Positions 8,290-16,664 of a stretch of 24,000 bases of DNA are shown here, piece by piece. Source of the DNA: Streptomyces sp. NPDC059785 (GTDB lineage: Bacteria > Actinomycetota > Actinomycetes > Streptomycetales > Streptomycetaceae). The notes under the pieces were generated by a model. The model was not told the DNA's origin. It worked only from the letters and a program-made list of their open reading frames with translations, and ran no database searches. Numbering within the stretch: the stretch's first letter is position 1; each line of letters opens with the position of its first letter. The stretch lies in NCBI RefSeq assembly GCF_042732375.1, contig NZ_JBHWHV010000010.1:170403-194402 (forward strand), in the 5' to 3' direction. The position numbers and the translations under genes are program-made.

Positions 8290-8787
8290 TCAGGACTTCT
8301 TCTTGAGCTTGAAGGACCACAGGCCGGTCACCGTCTTCTCGCCCGCCTTGACCGAGACGAGCGTGGAGTTCCCGCTGGCGCCGTACTGGGCGTTGAAGAA
8401 CACGCTGCCCGGGATCGTGCGGTACGTCTTCGTGCTGGAGTCGGTCAGCGCCTGACCGTTCATCAGGATCGTCCAGCCCTCGTCCGCGATGTCGGGGTCC
8501 ACACCGAAGCGGACGGTTTCGTCGGGGTCGACCTCGATGGACTTGATGTCCTTGGCCTTCAGGCACTTCGCCAGCTCCGCGGTCTTCACCTCCTTGCCGT
8601 CCTCGTAGCAGTCGGTCTCGGAGCTCACCGAGTTCTTGCCGACCGTGATGGTGGCAAGCGGCGTCGGCTTGTCACAGGCGGACAGGGCGAGCAGCCCGGC
8701 CGATACGGCGCCGACGGCGGCGACGGCGCGACGGCGGCGCGCAACACGGTGTCCATTAGCGGCACTGCCGCGGGGCAGGGTGGTCAT
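8290..8787 (-). CDS. secreted lipoprotein (DUF2771-like)
   Basis: Track ORF of 165 aa. A basic N-region and hydrophobic stretch end in the lipobox LLALSAC, followed by a hydrophilic beta-rich mature domain. The gene is unusually rich in Lys/AAG for this genome. Confidence 0.8.
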   Translation of the reverse strand: MTTLPRGSAANGHRVARRRRAVAAVGAVSAGLLALSACDKPTPLATITVGKNSVSSETDCYEDGKEVKTAELAKCLKAKDIKSIEVDPDETVRFGVDPDIADEGWTILMNGQALTDSSTKTYRTIPGSVFFNAQYGASGNSTLVSVKAGEKTVTGLWSFKLKKKS

Positions 8788-8861
8788 GGCGGAAGGCTAT
8801 CGGGCAGCTACGGCACTGCCCTCACGTGGGGTGCGGCGGCGTGCCGTGCCCGGCGTACGGC

Positions 8862-10298
8862 TCAGGCCACCCGGGAGCGGGCGCCCGCGCCGTGCCGGGC
8901 CGCGCCCAGCAGTCCGCGTGCCGTGGTGAGCCAGCCGGCCGCCACGATCGCGGCCGCGATCGCGAGCCCGAGGGTGCCGTTCAGCGGCAGCGCGATACCG
9001 ATCGCGCCGCCGAGCACCCAGGCCATCTGGAGCAGCGTCTCGGACCGGGCGAACGCGGATGTGCGGACCAGTTCGGGCACGTCGCGCTGGATGAGCGCGT
9101 CCAGGGACAGCTTGGCCAGGGCCTGCGCGAAACCGGCGACCGCGGCGAGACACGCGACGAGGAACGCCCCGAAGAACACCGCTGCGGTGATCGCCGCGCC
9201 GAGCACGACGGCGACCACCGTCACGATGATGACCTCGGGGGCGCGGGCCTTCAGCCAGGCCCCCACCGCGGTCCCGAGCGCGTTGCCCGTGCCCGCGGCG
9301 ACGCCCACGATGCCCAGCGACACCGCGGCGCTCTCCCCGGTGAGCGGGTGCACGCGCAGCAGGAACGCGAGGAAGAAGATCAGGAACCCGGACAGACAGC
9401 GCAGCGCGGCGTTGGCGGCGAGGGCGTGGGTCACCGCCGTACCGACCGTGCGCAGCCCCGGGCGCCGGCCCGCCCGCTCGGTGTGCGCGAGCCGCGGGCC
9501 GTGCAGATGCTCCTCGCCGGAGGCGAGCAGCGCCTTGTCCTCGCCTCTGGCGGAGTCGACCTTGCGCGGCATCGAGATGGACAGGAACGTCCCCGCGACG
9601 AACAGCGCGAAGGCCCCGTAGAGCGGCCAGCGGGCGCCGATCAGCTGGAGCCCGGCGCCGATCGGGGCGGCGATCCCGGTGGCGAGGAGCCCGCCGAGGG
9701 TGACCCGCGAGTTCGCCTTCACCAGGGAGAATCCGGGCGGCAGCAGCCGGGGCACGACCGCGCTGCGGACGACGCCGTACGCCTTGGAGGCGACGAGCAC
9801 GCCGAGGGCGGCCGGATACAGCTCGATGCCGCCCGTCACCACCGCGCCCGACAGCAGCAGCGCGAGCAGCGCGCGGGCCAGCATGGCGCCCGCCATGGCC
9901 GCCCGGCGGCCGTGCGGCAGCCGGTCGAGGAGCGGGCCGATCACGGGCGCGAGCAGCGTGAACGGCGCCATCGTGATGGCGAGGTACAGGGCGACGCGGC
10001 CGCGCGCCTCGTCCGTGGGCACCGAGAAGAACACGGTGGAGGCGAGCGCGACGGTGATCATGACGTCGCCCGCGCCGTTCACCGCGTGCAGCTCGATCAG
10101 CTTGCCGAGGCCCGACTCGCCCGCGCCGTGCGCGTGGGTCGCCTTGCGGATGCCGCGGGCGGTGCCCGTCACGGGGAAGTGCAGGGCACGGCCGACCGCG
10201 CGGACGGGGCCGTTCCGCCGGCCCGGCCCGCCACTCCGGTTGTTCCCCCTGGCCCCACCGGTCCCGGTGATCCCCTGGGGCGACCTCGCGGCTGCCAC
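8862..10298 (-). CDS. MFS-type transporter (about 478 aa)
   Basis: This is the C-terminal part of the 957-aa track ORF. It is polytopic, with the MFS motif-A-like loop GPLLDRLPHGRRAAM between early TMs. GC3-rich coding begins at in-frame GTG 10298; upstream codons end mostly in A/T. The start is uncertain (alternative GTG 10172). Confidence 0.75.
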   Translation of the reverse strand: MAAARSPQGITGTGGARGNNRSGGPGRRNGPVRAVGRALHFPVTGTARGIRKATHAHGAGESGLGKLIELHAVNGAGDVMITVALASTVFFSVPTDEARGRVALYLAITMAPFTLLAPVIGPLLDRLPHGRRAAMAGAMLARALLALLLSGAVVTGGIELYPAALGVLVASKAYGVVRSAVVPRLLPPGFSLVKANSRVTLGGLLATGIAAPIGAGLQLIGARWPLYGAFALFVAGTFLSISMPRKVDSARGEDKALLASGEEHLHGPRLAHTERAGRRPGLRTVGTAVTHALAANAALRCLSGFLIFFLAFLLRVHPLTGESAAVSLGIVGVAAGTGNALGTAVGAWLKARAPEVIIVTVVAVVLGAAITAAVFFGAFLVACLAAVAGFAQALAKLSLDALIQRDVPELVRTSAFARSETLLQMAWVLGGAIGIALPLNGTLGLAIAAAIVAAGWLTTARGLLGAARHGAGARSRVA

Positions 10299-10733
10299 TC
10301 CGTCATAGTGCCCCGATAAGGCCGAAGGTAGTGCGGTAACCGCGCGTATGGCGCTGTGGGAGAGAGGCGGGAAAGGGGCGGTGAAGCGGCGGAGAAGGGG
10401 TACGGATGGGGCGGCGGGGCGCTTCGGATACGGGTGGGACGGCGCCGCGCCGGGCACGCAGCCGCCGCTCAGCGGCCCTGTGTACATGCCCTGTGTGCCA
10501 ACCCGGCCGCACGCCGGTGTGGGCCCAGGCGCCGGGAGAAGGTAGCGTGCGTAGCGCGCCTGCGGCGGTTGTTCTCGGCCGCGCGCCTCTCGGTCATCCC
10601 GCAGAATGGATGGAGTAGGTGCGCCCGAGCGCGATCGGGCGCGGACGTCGACGCGGTCCCCAGGTCCGCTCCGTCCGCACCCCCTGCCGGTAGTGGCGCA
10701 CTCGTGAGACGGCGTAGGAGAGAAGCGATACCT

Positions 10734-11741
10734 GTGAGCGCAGCGACAACGCGAAGCCGCACCCCCGACCGCCTGTGCGCCGAGGCCGTCGACCTCGCCC
10801 GCGCCGCGGCGGAGGAGGCGGCCGCACCCGGCGTGGTCGGGGAGCACGTGGGCATGGTCTCCGAGGGTGACCGCGTTGTCACACACTTCTTCGAGTGCAA
10901 GGAGCCGGGCTACCGGGGCTGGCGCTGGGCGTCGACCGTGGCCCGGGCCTCCCGCGCGAAGATCGTGACGCTCGACGAGACGGTGCTGCTGCCCGGCTCC
11001 GACGCGCTGCTCGCCCCGGAGTGGGTGCCGTGGAGCGAGCGGCTGCGGCCCGGTGACATGGGGCCCGGCGATCTGCTGCCGACCGACGCCGAGGATCTCC
11101 GGCTCGAGCCGGGCTTCACCGGCGAGGACGAGCCGGCCCCGAACTCCGTCGTCTCCGGCAGCACCGCTGTCGCCGACAGCACGGCCTCCGACCTCGCGGC
11201 CGTCTCCGACGGGGCCGCCGGGCCGGCCGGGACGGAGGACGTGGCGGGGGACGTGACGGCGACGGCCGGGCGGGCCGCTGCGGGCGGGCCCGCGGTCGGG
11301 CTGCCGGGCGTCACCAGCCGCGGCGCGATCGCCGCGGTCGCCGACGAGGTCGGCCTCGGGCGCGCCCGCGTCCTGTCCCGCTTCGGGCTGCACACCGCGG
11401 CCGACCGCTGGGAAGATGCGTTCGGCCCCAAGACCCCGATGGCCCAGGCGGCGCCCGCGGCCTGCGTGAGCTGCGGCTTCCTGGTCAGGATGGGCGGTTC
11501 GCTCGGGCAGGCCTTCGGCGTCTGCGCGAACGAGTTCTCCCCGGCGGACGGCCGGGTCGTCTCCCTCTCGTACGGCTGCGGCGGGCACTCGGAGGCAGCG
11601 GTCATGCCGAAGCCGCCCCGCCCCGCGGCCCCCGTCATCGACGAGACCAGGGTCGACGAGTTCCCCCTCCGCCCGTCCCCCGACTCCGGCTCGGTCCCGG
11701 CGACGACGGACGAGACCACGGCGGAACTGGGCCACTCGTAG
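10734..11741 (+). CDS. DUF3027-family protein with a C-terminal Cys/His cluster
   Basis: GTG at 10734 sits 11 nt after AGGAGAG (10716-10722). The conserved-looking N-terminal block is LCAEAVDLARAAAEEAAAPGVVGEHVGMVSEGDRVVTHFFECKEPGYRGWRWA. The C-terminal block is CVSCGFLVRMGGSLGQAFGVCANEFSPADGRVVSLSYGCGGHSE. The family name is from memory. Confidence 0.8.
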   Translation: MSAATTRSRTPDRLCAEAVDLARAAAEEAAAPGVVGEHVGMVSEGDRVVTHFFECKEPGYRGWRWASTVARASRAKIVTLDETVLLPGSDALLAPEWVPWSERLRPGDMGPGDLLPTDAEDLRLEPGFTGEDEPAPNSVVSGSTAVADSTASDLAAVSDGAAGPAGTEDVAGDVTATAGRAAAGGPAVGLPGVTSRGAIAAVADEVGLGRARVLSRFGLHTAADRWEDAFGPKTPMAQAAPAACVSCGFLVRMGGSLGQAFGVCANEFSPADGRVVSLSYGCGGHSEAAVMPKPPRPAAPVIDETRVDEFPLRPSPDSGSVPATTDETTAELGHS

Positions 11742-11935
11742 GACACAGCGCGGGCAGGGGCGCCCTTCCCGCCCCGGGCCGGCGGGGCTCGCGACCGGCG
11801 AACGGCCGGATCGGCAGGGCCGGGAGCGCGCCGGCCCGCCCGTCGGGCCCAGTCACCGACCGGTGTGCGCGGTGGTGTGCGGCGGGGCGGTACCTTCGGT
11901 CTCACGTCGACGTGGGCCGATGAGGAGAGTGAACC

Positions 11936-14900
11936 GTGAGCAAGTTCGTGCGGTCTGCGGCCGAGGGCGCGGACCCGTTCGGTACGGCGCGTCTGCGGCG
12001 CGGAGTGCTGGACGCCTGGGCCACCAGCCCGGCCCGGTTCCGCGAGGACGCCAACGCCGAGGAGGACCTCGTACTCGGCGGGTACCGGGACCGGCTCGTC
12101 GTCGAGCTCGCCCAGAACGCGGCCGACGCAGCGGCCCGCGCGGGAGTGCCGGGCCGGCTGCGCCTCACCCTGCGCGAGGGGGTGCTCGTCGCCGCCAACA
12201 CCGGCGCCCCGCTCGACGCCGCGGGTGTGGAGTCCCTGTCGACCCTGCGGGCCTCCGCCAAGCGGGACGCCGAGACCGGCGGGGGCACGGCCGTCGGCCG
12301 GTTCGGCGTCGGCTTCGCCGCCGTGCTCGCCGTGACCGAGGAGCCGGCCGTCGTCGGCCGGCACGGCGGGGTCCGCTGGTCGCTCGGCGAGGCCCGGCTG
12401 CTGGCGGCCGACACCGCCCGGCACAGCCCCGGCCTCGGGGACGAGGTCCGCCGCCGCGACGGCCATGTGCCGCTGCTGCGGCTGCCGTTCGCCGCCGAGG
12501 GCAGCGCCCCGGGACCGTACGACACGGCGGTCATCCTGCCGTTGCGGGACGTCGCCGCCGGGGAACTGGCGGAAAGGCTTCTGCGCCAGGTGGACGACGC
12601 GCTGCTGCTCGCGCTCCCCGGCCTCGAAGAGGTCGTCGTCGAGATCGGCGACGAGGGCGAGGGCGACACCGGAGTACGTACGCTGCGGCGTCGGGCCGAT
12701 GAGCACGGCGTCGTCATCGAGGACTCCCGCGACGGCGTCACCCGCTGGCGTACCGCCGCCGCGCACGGCTCCCTCGACGCCGGGCTGCTCGCCGACCGTC
12801 CGGTCGAGGAACGGCTGCGCCCGCACTGGTCGGTGACCTGGGCCGTGCCCGTCGACGCCGACGGCGCCCCGGCCCGCCCCCGTACCAGCCCCGTCGTGCA
12901 CGCGCCCACCCCCAGCGACGAGCCCCTCGGTGTGCCCGCGCTGCTCATCGCCTCCTTCCCGCTCGACACCACCCGGCGGCACGCCGCGCCGGGACCGCTG
13001 ACCGACTTCCTGGTGGAGCGGGCGGCCGACGCGTACGCCGGACTGCTCGCCGGCTGGCGCCCCGTGGGCCCCGGGATCATCGACCTGGTGCCCGGCCCGC
13101 TCGGCAAGGGCGCCCTGGACGGCGCCCTGCACGGCGCGATCCTCGCCCGGCTGCCCCGTACCGCCTTCCTGCCGCCCGCCGTACCGCCCGAGGGCCCGGA
13201 CGCGCCCGCCGACTGGGCGGCCGAGCCCGGTGACACCGCGCCGGTGACCGTGCCCGTCGCGCTGCGGCCCCGGGACGCCGAGGTGGTCGAGGGCGCCGGC
13301 GCCGAAACCGTCCGCGTTCTCGCCGAGGTGCTGCCCAGCCTGCTGCCCGCCGGGCTCGAACGCCGGGCGGAGCTGCGCACCCTCGGCGTGGCCCGGGTGC
13401 CGCTGACCGAGGCCGTGGACCGCCTGGCCGGTCTGGAGAAGGAGCCCGGCTGGTGGCGGCGGCTCTACGACAGCCTGGCGGGCGTCGACCCCGACCGGCT
13501 CTCCGGCCTGCCCGTACCGCTGGCCGGTGACGCCACGGAGGAGGACGGCCCGGGTTCCGGCGCGGTGCGCACCACCATCGGGCCCCGGCAGGTCCTGCTG
13601 CCGTTGCCCGACGGCCCCCGGATCGCCTCCGACGTCCTCGCCCGGCTCGGGCTCAAGATCGCCCACCCGGACGCCGCGCACCCGCTCCTCGAGAAGCTGG
13701 GCGCCCTGCCCGCCACGCCCCGCGCCGTCCTGACCACCCCGCAGGTCCGGGCCGCCGTGGCCGCCTCGCTGGACGACGACGGCGGCTGGGACAGCGCGGG
13801 CCCCGACGCCGAGGAGCTCGCCGAGGCCGTGCTCGCGCTGGTCCGTGACGCCGCCCTGGAGCCGGGCGACGAGCCCTGGCTCGGCGCGCTCGCCCTGACC
13901 GACGAGGACGGCGAACTGGCGCCCGCCGGTGAGCTGGTCCTGCCGGGCAGCCCGTTCGCCCAGGTCATGCGTGAGGGGGAACTCGCCGCGGTGGACGCCG
14001 AGCTGGCCGGGCGCTGGGGCGAGCAGCCGCTCGCCGCCTGCGGGGTGCTGGCCGGTTTCGCCCTCGTCCGCGCCGCCGACGTCGTCCTCGACCCGGACGA
14101 ACTGGAGCCCCGCGACACCGACTTCGCCGAACCGGACGACGCCGGGCTGCTCGACGCCGTCGACGTGTGGTGCGAGGACGTCCTCGACCGGCTGCCCGAC
14201 AGCCCGGTACCGCCCGTCGCCACCGAGATCGTCGCCGTCCGCGACCTGGACCTGGTGGACGACGACCACTGGCCGCGGGCGCTGGCCCTGCTGTCCAAGC
14301 CGCCGCTGCGCGACGCGCTGACCCAGCCGGTACGGATCCTGCTGCCGGACGGGACGCACGAGATCGTCCGCCCGTACACCGCCTGGTGGCTGCGCGGGCA
14401 CCCGGTGCTCGACGGGCGGCGGCCCGCCGGGCTGCGCGCCGCGGGCGGCGACCCGCTGCTGCGCGGCCTGTACGACGAGGCCGACGCCACCGGCTTCGAC
14501 GACGAACAGGTACTGCGGGCCCTGGGCGTACGCACCTCCGTGGCCGCCCTGCTCGACGAGCCCGGCGGCGCCGCGGAACTCCTCGACCGCCTTGCCGACC
14601 CCGGCCGCGAGGTGACCTCCGCCCAACTGCACGCGCTCTACGCGGCGCTGGCCGAGCTGGAGCCCGACAAGGTGACCCTGCCGGACGAGCTGCGGGCCGT
14701 GGTCGACGGGCAGGTGCGGGTGGTCGACGCGGCCGACGCCGTGGTGGTCGACTCGCCCGACCTGCTGCCCTTCACGGACGGGGTGCCGCTGCTGCCCGTA
14801 CCGCCGGCGCGGGCGGCCGATCTCGCCGAGCTGTTCCAGGTGCGGCGGCTGAGCGAGTCGGTGCCCGGCGAGGTGACCTCGCCCGGCACCGAGCACGAGG

Positions 14901-15157
14901 TCCCCGAGTCCGTACGGACCCTGCTGGGCCCGGCCGCGCCCGCCTCGTACGTCGAGCACGAGGAACTGGTCGTGGACGGCACCGAGCTGGACTGGCGCCG
15001 CACCCGGGACGGTGTCCTGCACGCCGCCACCCTGGAAGGCGTGGCCGCGGGTCTCGCCTGGGCGGCCGGGCAGTGGCCGCGCCGCTTCGAGGTGGCCGCG
15101 CTCCTGGAGGACCCCTCCCGCACGGCGGAGCTGGCGCGGGACCGCTGGTTCGACTGA
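11936..15157 (+). CDS. large GHKL-type ATPase, sacsin N-terminal-like (HATPase_c_3-like), 1073 aa, function unknown
   Basis: GTG at 11936 follows GAGGAGAG. The Bergerat-fold N-box is VVELAQNAADAA, followed by VAANTGAPLD and the glycine box GRFGVGFAAV. The remaining ~850 aa are acidic with no motif I recognise. Confidence 0.85.
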   Translation: MSKFVRSAAEGADPFGTARLRRGVLDAWATSPARFREDANAEEDLVLGGYRDRLVVELAQNAADAAARAGVPGRLRLTLREGVLVAANTGAPLDAAGVESLSTLRASAKRDAETGGGTAVGRFGVGFAAVLAVTEEPAVVGRHGGVRWSLGEARLLAADTARHSPGLGDEVRRRDGHVPLLRLPFAAEGSAPGPYDTAVILPLRDVAAGELAERLLRQVDDALLLALPGLEEVVVEIGDEGEGDTGVRTLRRRADEHGVVIEDSRDGVTRWRTAAAHGSLDAGLLADRPVEERLRPHWSVTWAVPVDADGAPARPRTSPVVHAPTPSDEPLGVPALLIASFPLDTTRRHAAPGPLTDFLVERAADAYAGLLAGWRPVGPGIIDLVPGPLGKGALDGALHGAILARLPRTAFLPPAVPPEGPDAPADWAAEPGDTAPVTVPVALRPRDAEVVEGAGAETVRVLAEVLPSLLPAGLERRAELRTLGVARVPLTEAVDRLAGLEKEPGWWRRLYDSLAGVDPDRLSGLPVPLAGDATEEDGPGSGAVRTTIGPRQVLLPLPDGPRIASDVLARLGLKIAHPDAAHPLLEKLGALPATPRAVLTTPQVRAAVAASLDDDGGWDSAGPDAEELAEAVLALVRDAALEPGDEPWLGALALTDEDGELAPAGELVLPGSPFAQVMREGELAAVDAELAGRWGEQPLAACGVLAGFALVRAADVVLDPDELEPRDTDFAEPDDAGLLDAVDVWCEDVLDRLPDSPVPPVATEIVAVRDLDLVDDDHWPRALALLSKPPLRDALTQPVRILLPDGTHEIVRPYTAWWLRGHPVLDGRRPAGLRAAGGDPLLRGLYDEADATGFDDEQVLRALGVRTSVAALLDEPGGAAELLDRLADPGREVTSAQLHALYAALAELEPDKVTLPDELRAVVDGQVRVVDAADAVVVDSPDLLPFTDGVPLLPVPPARAADLAELFQVRRLSESVPGEVTSPGTEHEVPESVRTLLGPAAPASYVEHEELVVDGTELDWRRTRDGVLHAATLEGVAAGLAWAAGQWPRRFEVAALLEDPSRTAELARDRWFD

Positions 15158-15229
15158 GGGCCAGTGGCGGCCAGACTTCGAGCCGGTCACTGTCGGGGGC
15201 GTGACCCCGTTCCCGGCAATGACCTTGAT

Positions 15230-16607
15230 CACTTGTTCGTGGACCGTGTGTAGTGTGAACTGGGGAACGGCTGTTCCTGGCGACAGCCGATGCTGTGTGT
15301 TCGTACGATCCTCGCATGCAGCTTCGGTATGCCTTCCGGTTGTATCCGGAGCCCGGTCAACGCACGGCGTTGGCCCGGGCGTTCGGGTGTGCGCGGGTGG
15401 TGTTCAACGACGCGGTACGAGCCCGTCGGGACGCCCACGCGGCCGGGCTGCCGTTCCCGAGCGCGGCCGAGCTGTCGAAATGGCTGATCACCCAGGCCCG
15501 GCACACGCCGGAGCGTTCCTGGCTGGCCGAGGTCTCCGCGGTGGTGCTGCAGCAGTCCCTGCGAGATGCGGAGGTCGCGTACCGAAACTTCTTTGCCTCG
15601 CTGAAGGGCGAGCGCAGAGGGCCGAAGGTGAGGGCGCCGCGGTTCAAGTCGCGCAGGGATGCCCGGCAGTCGATCCGGTTCACCGCGAACGCCCGCTGGA
15701 AGATCACCGGCAAGGGGCGGCTGGTCCTGCCGAAGATCGGCGCCGTGCGGGTGGCGTGGTCGCGGTCCCTGCCCGCCGTGCCGTCCAGCGTGACGGTGAT
15801 CCTGGACGCGGCGGGACGGTACTTCGCGTCCTTCGTCATCGACAGCGATCCCGCCACGGACCGGACTCGCTTCGATGCTCCCGACTCCGACCGGGTCGTC
15901 GGCATCGACCTGGGCCTCACTCACTTCGCGGTACTTTCCGACGGCACGAAGATCGACAGCCCGCGGTTTCTGCGCCGGGCGGAGAAGAAGCTGAAGAAGA
16001 CCCAGCGGGAGCTGTCCCGCAAGCGGAAGGGGTCGAAGAATCGGGCCAAGGCCCGGCTGAAGGTCGCCCGCGCCCATGCGGCCGTGGCCGATGCGCGCAA
16101 GGAGTTCCACCATCAGTTGTCCACGCAGTTGATCCGCGAGAACCAAGCGGTCGCGGTGGAGGACCTGGCGGTCTCCGTCCTCGCGCGCACCCGGCTGGCC
16201 AAGAGTGTCCACGACGCGGGCTGGGCCCAGTTCGTGGCCATGCTCCAGTACAAGGCGCAGCGCTACGGGCGGACCTTCGTCAAGATCGGCCGGTTCGAGC
16301 CCACCAGCCAGGTGTGCTCGGCCTGCGGGTACCGGGACGGACCCAAACCCCTGCACGTGCGGCAGTGGACCTGCCCCGCTTGCGGTGCCGTCCACGACCG
16401 CGACCACAACGCCGCGATCAACGTCAAACAGGCCGCCGGACTGGCGGCATCGGCCTGCGGAGCGCCGGTAGGGCCAGAACCCGTTCTGGCACAGCGCGAA
16501 GAAACAGGAAGTTACGGAATCCCACCCCGACCCGTGCCGCGTAGCGGGACAGGTCGGGGCAGGGATGGCCAGAATCCTCGGATTTCAGTCCAAGGAGCGA
16601 GTCAATC
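15230..16607 (+). mobile_element. IS200/IS605-IS1341-type element carrying only tnpB (no tnpA); ends tentative (about +/-30 bp)
   Basis: It fills the convergent spacer between stops at 15157 and 16665. A left-side hairpin CGGCTGT-N8-ACAGCCG lies at 15268-15289, and a TTGAT sits at 15225-15229 just outside the proposed left end. The right side has GAATCC, an imperfect hairpin (16576-16595) and AGCGAGTCAAT (to 16606), resembling right ends of TnpB elements as I remember them. Confidence 0.5.
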
Positions 16608-16647
16608 CAAGCTCACCGTGAACACAACACACACTTCATCGACGTGA
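15316..16647 (+). CDS. tnpB: TnpB (IS605 OrfB family RNA-guided endonuclease), 443 aa
   Basis: The start MQLRYAFRLYPEPGQ is a typical TnpB N-terminus; the track ORF begins 7 codons earlier. The RuvC motifs are VGIDLGL, AVAVEDLAV and HDRDHNAAINV. A zinc ribbon reads CSAC-x15-CPAC. The last ~13 codons probably read into flanking DNA. Confidence 0.9.
   Translation: MQLRYAFRLYPEPGQRTALARAFGCARVVFNDAVRARRDAHAAGLPFPSAAELSKWLITQARHTPERSWLAEVSAVVLQQSLRDAEVAYRNFFASLKGERRGPKVRAPRFKSRRDARQSIRFTANARWKITGKGRLVLPKIGAVRVAWSRSLPAVPSSVTVILDAAGRYFASFVIDSDPATDRTRFDAPDSDRVVGIDLGLTHFAVLSDGTKIDSPRFLRRAEKKLKKTQRELSRKRKGSKNRAKARLKVARAHAAVADARKEFHHQLSTQLIRENQAVAVEDLAVSVLARTRLAKSVHDAGWAQFVAMLQYKAQRYGRTFVKIGRFEPTSQVCSACGYRDGPKPLHVRQWTCPACGAVHDRDHNAAINVKQAAGLAASACGAPVGPEPVLAQREETGSYGIPPRPVPRSGTGRGRDGQNPRISVQGASQSKLTVNTTHTSST
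16440..16607 (+). ncRNA. candidate omega-RNA (reRNA) scaffold overlapping the tnpB 3' end; the 5' limit is a guess
   Basis: Inferred by position from known TnpB biology. The terminal imperfect hairpin is CCTCGGA-TTTCAG-TCCAAGG (16576-16595), followed by AGCGAGTCAAT. The guide-equivalent flank would then be 16608-16627 (caagctcaccgtgaacacaa). Confidence 0.35.
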
Positions 16648-16650
16648 AGT
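16633..16650 (-). terminator. hairpin ACTTCA-TCGACG-TGAAGT; on the minus strand it is followed by GUGUGUGUUGUGUU, so it is the likely terminator of the P-type ATPase gene
   Basis: Read directly. It lies 15 nt downstream of the ATPase stop on the minus strand. The stem is only 6 bp. Confidence 0.4.
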
Positions 16651-16664
16651 AGTAAGAGGCAGCC

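Noticed and set aside
7493-8455. Plus-strand ORFs 7493..8455 and 7536..8306, antisense to mqnB
   Set aside because: These are shadow ORFs. The minus-strand frame carries the nucleosidase-family motifs.
10618-10701. 27-codon Arg-rich ORF (GTG 10618) after a GGATGGAG RBS-like sequence in the long intergenic region
   Set aside because: It is too short and too low in complexity to support, and the GC-rich hairpin at 10621-10642 occupies its start. There is no other evidence for it.
10299-11735. Upstream 479 codons of the 957-aa minus-strand ORF (8862..11735)
   Set aside because: This part runs antisense through the DUF3027 gene and the intergenic region. Codons immediately upstream of 10298 end mostly in A/T, and the transporter-like sequence begins at about 10298.
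10910-15232. 1440-aa minus-strand ORF antisense to the GHKL ATPase gene
   Set aside because: It is a typical high-GC shadow ORF with a low-complexity R/G/P/A/V-rich product and no motifs. The plus-strand frame carries clear Bergerat ATPase boxes and a start with an RBS.
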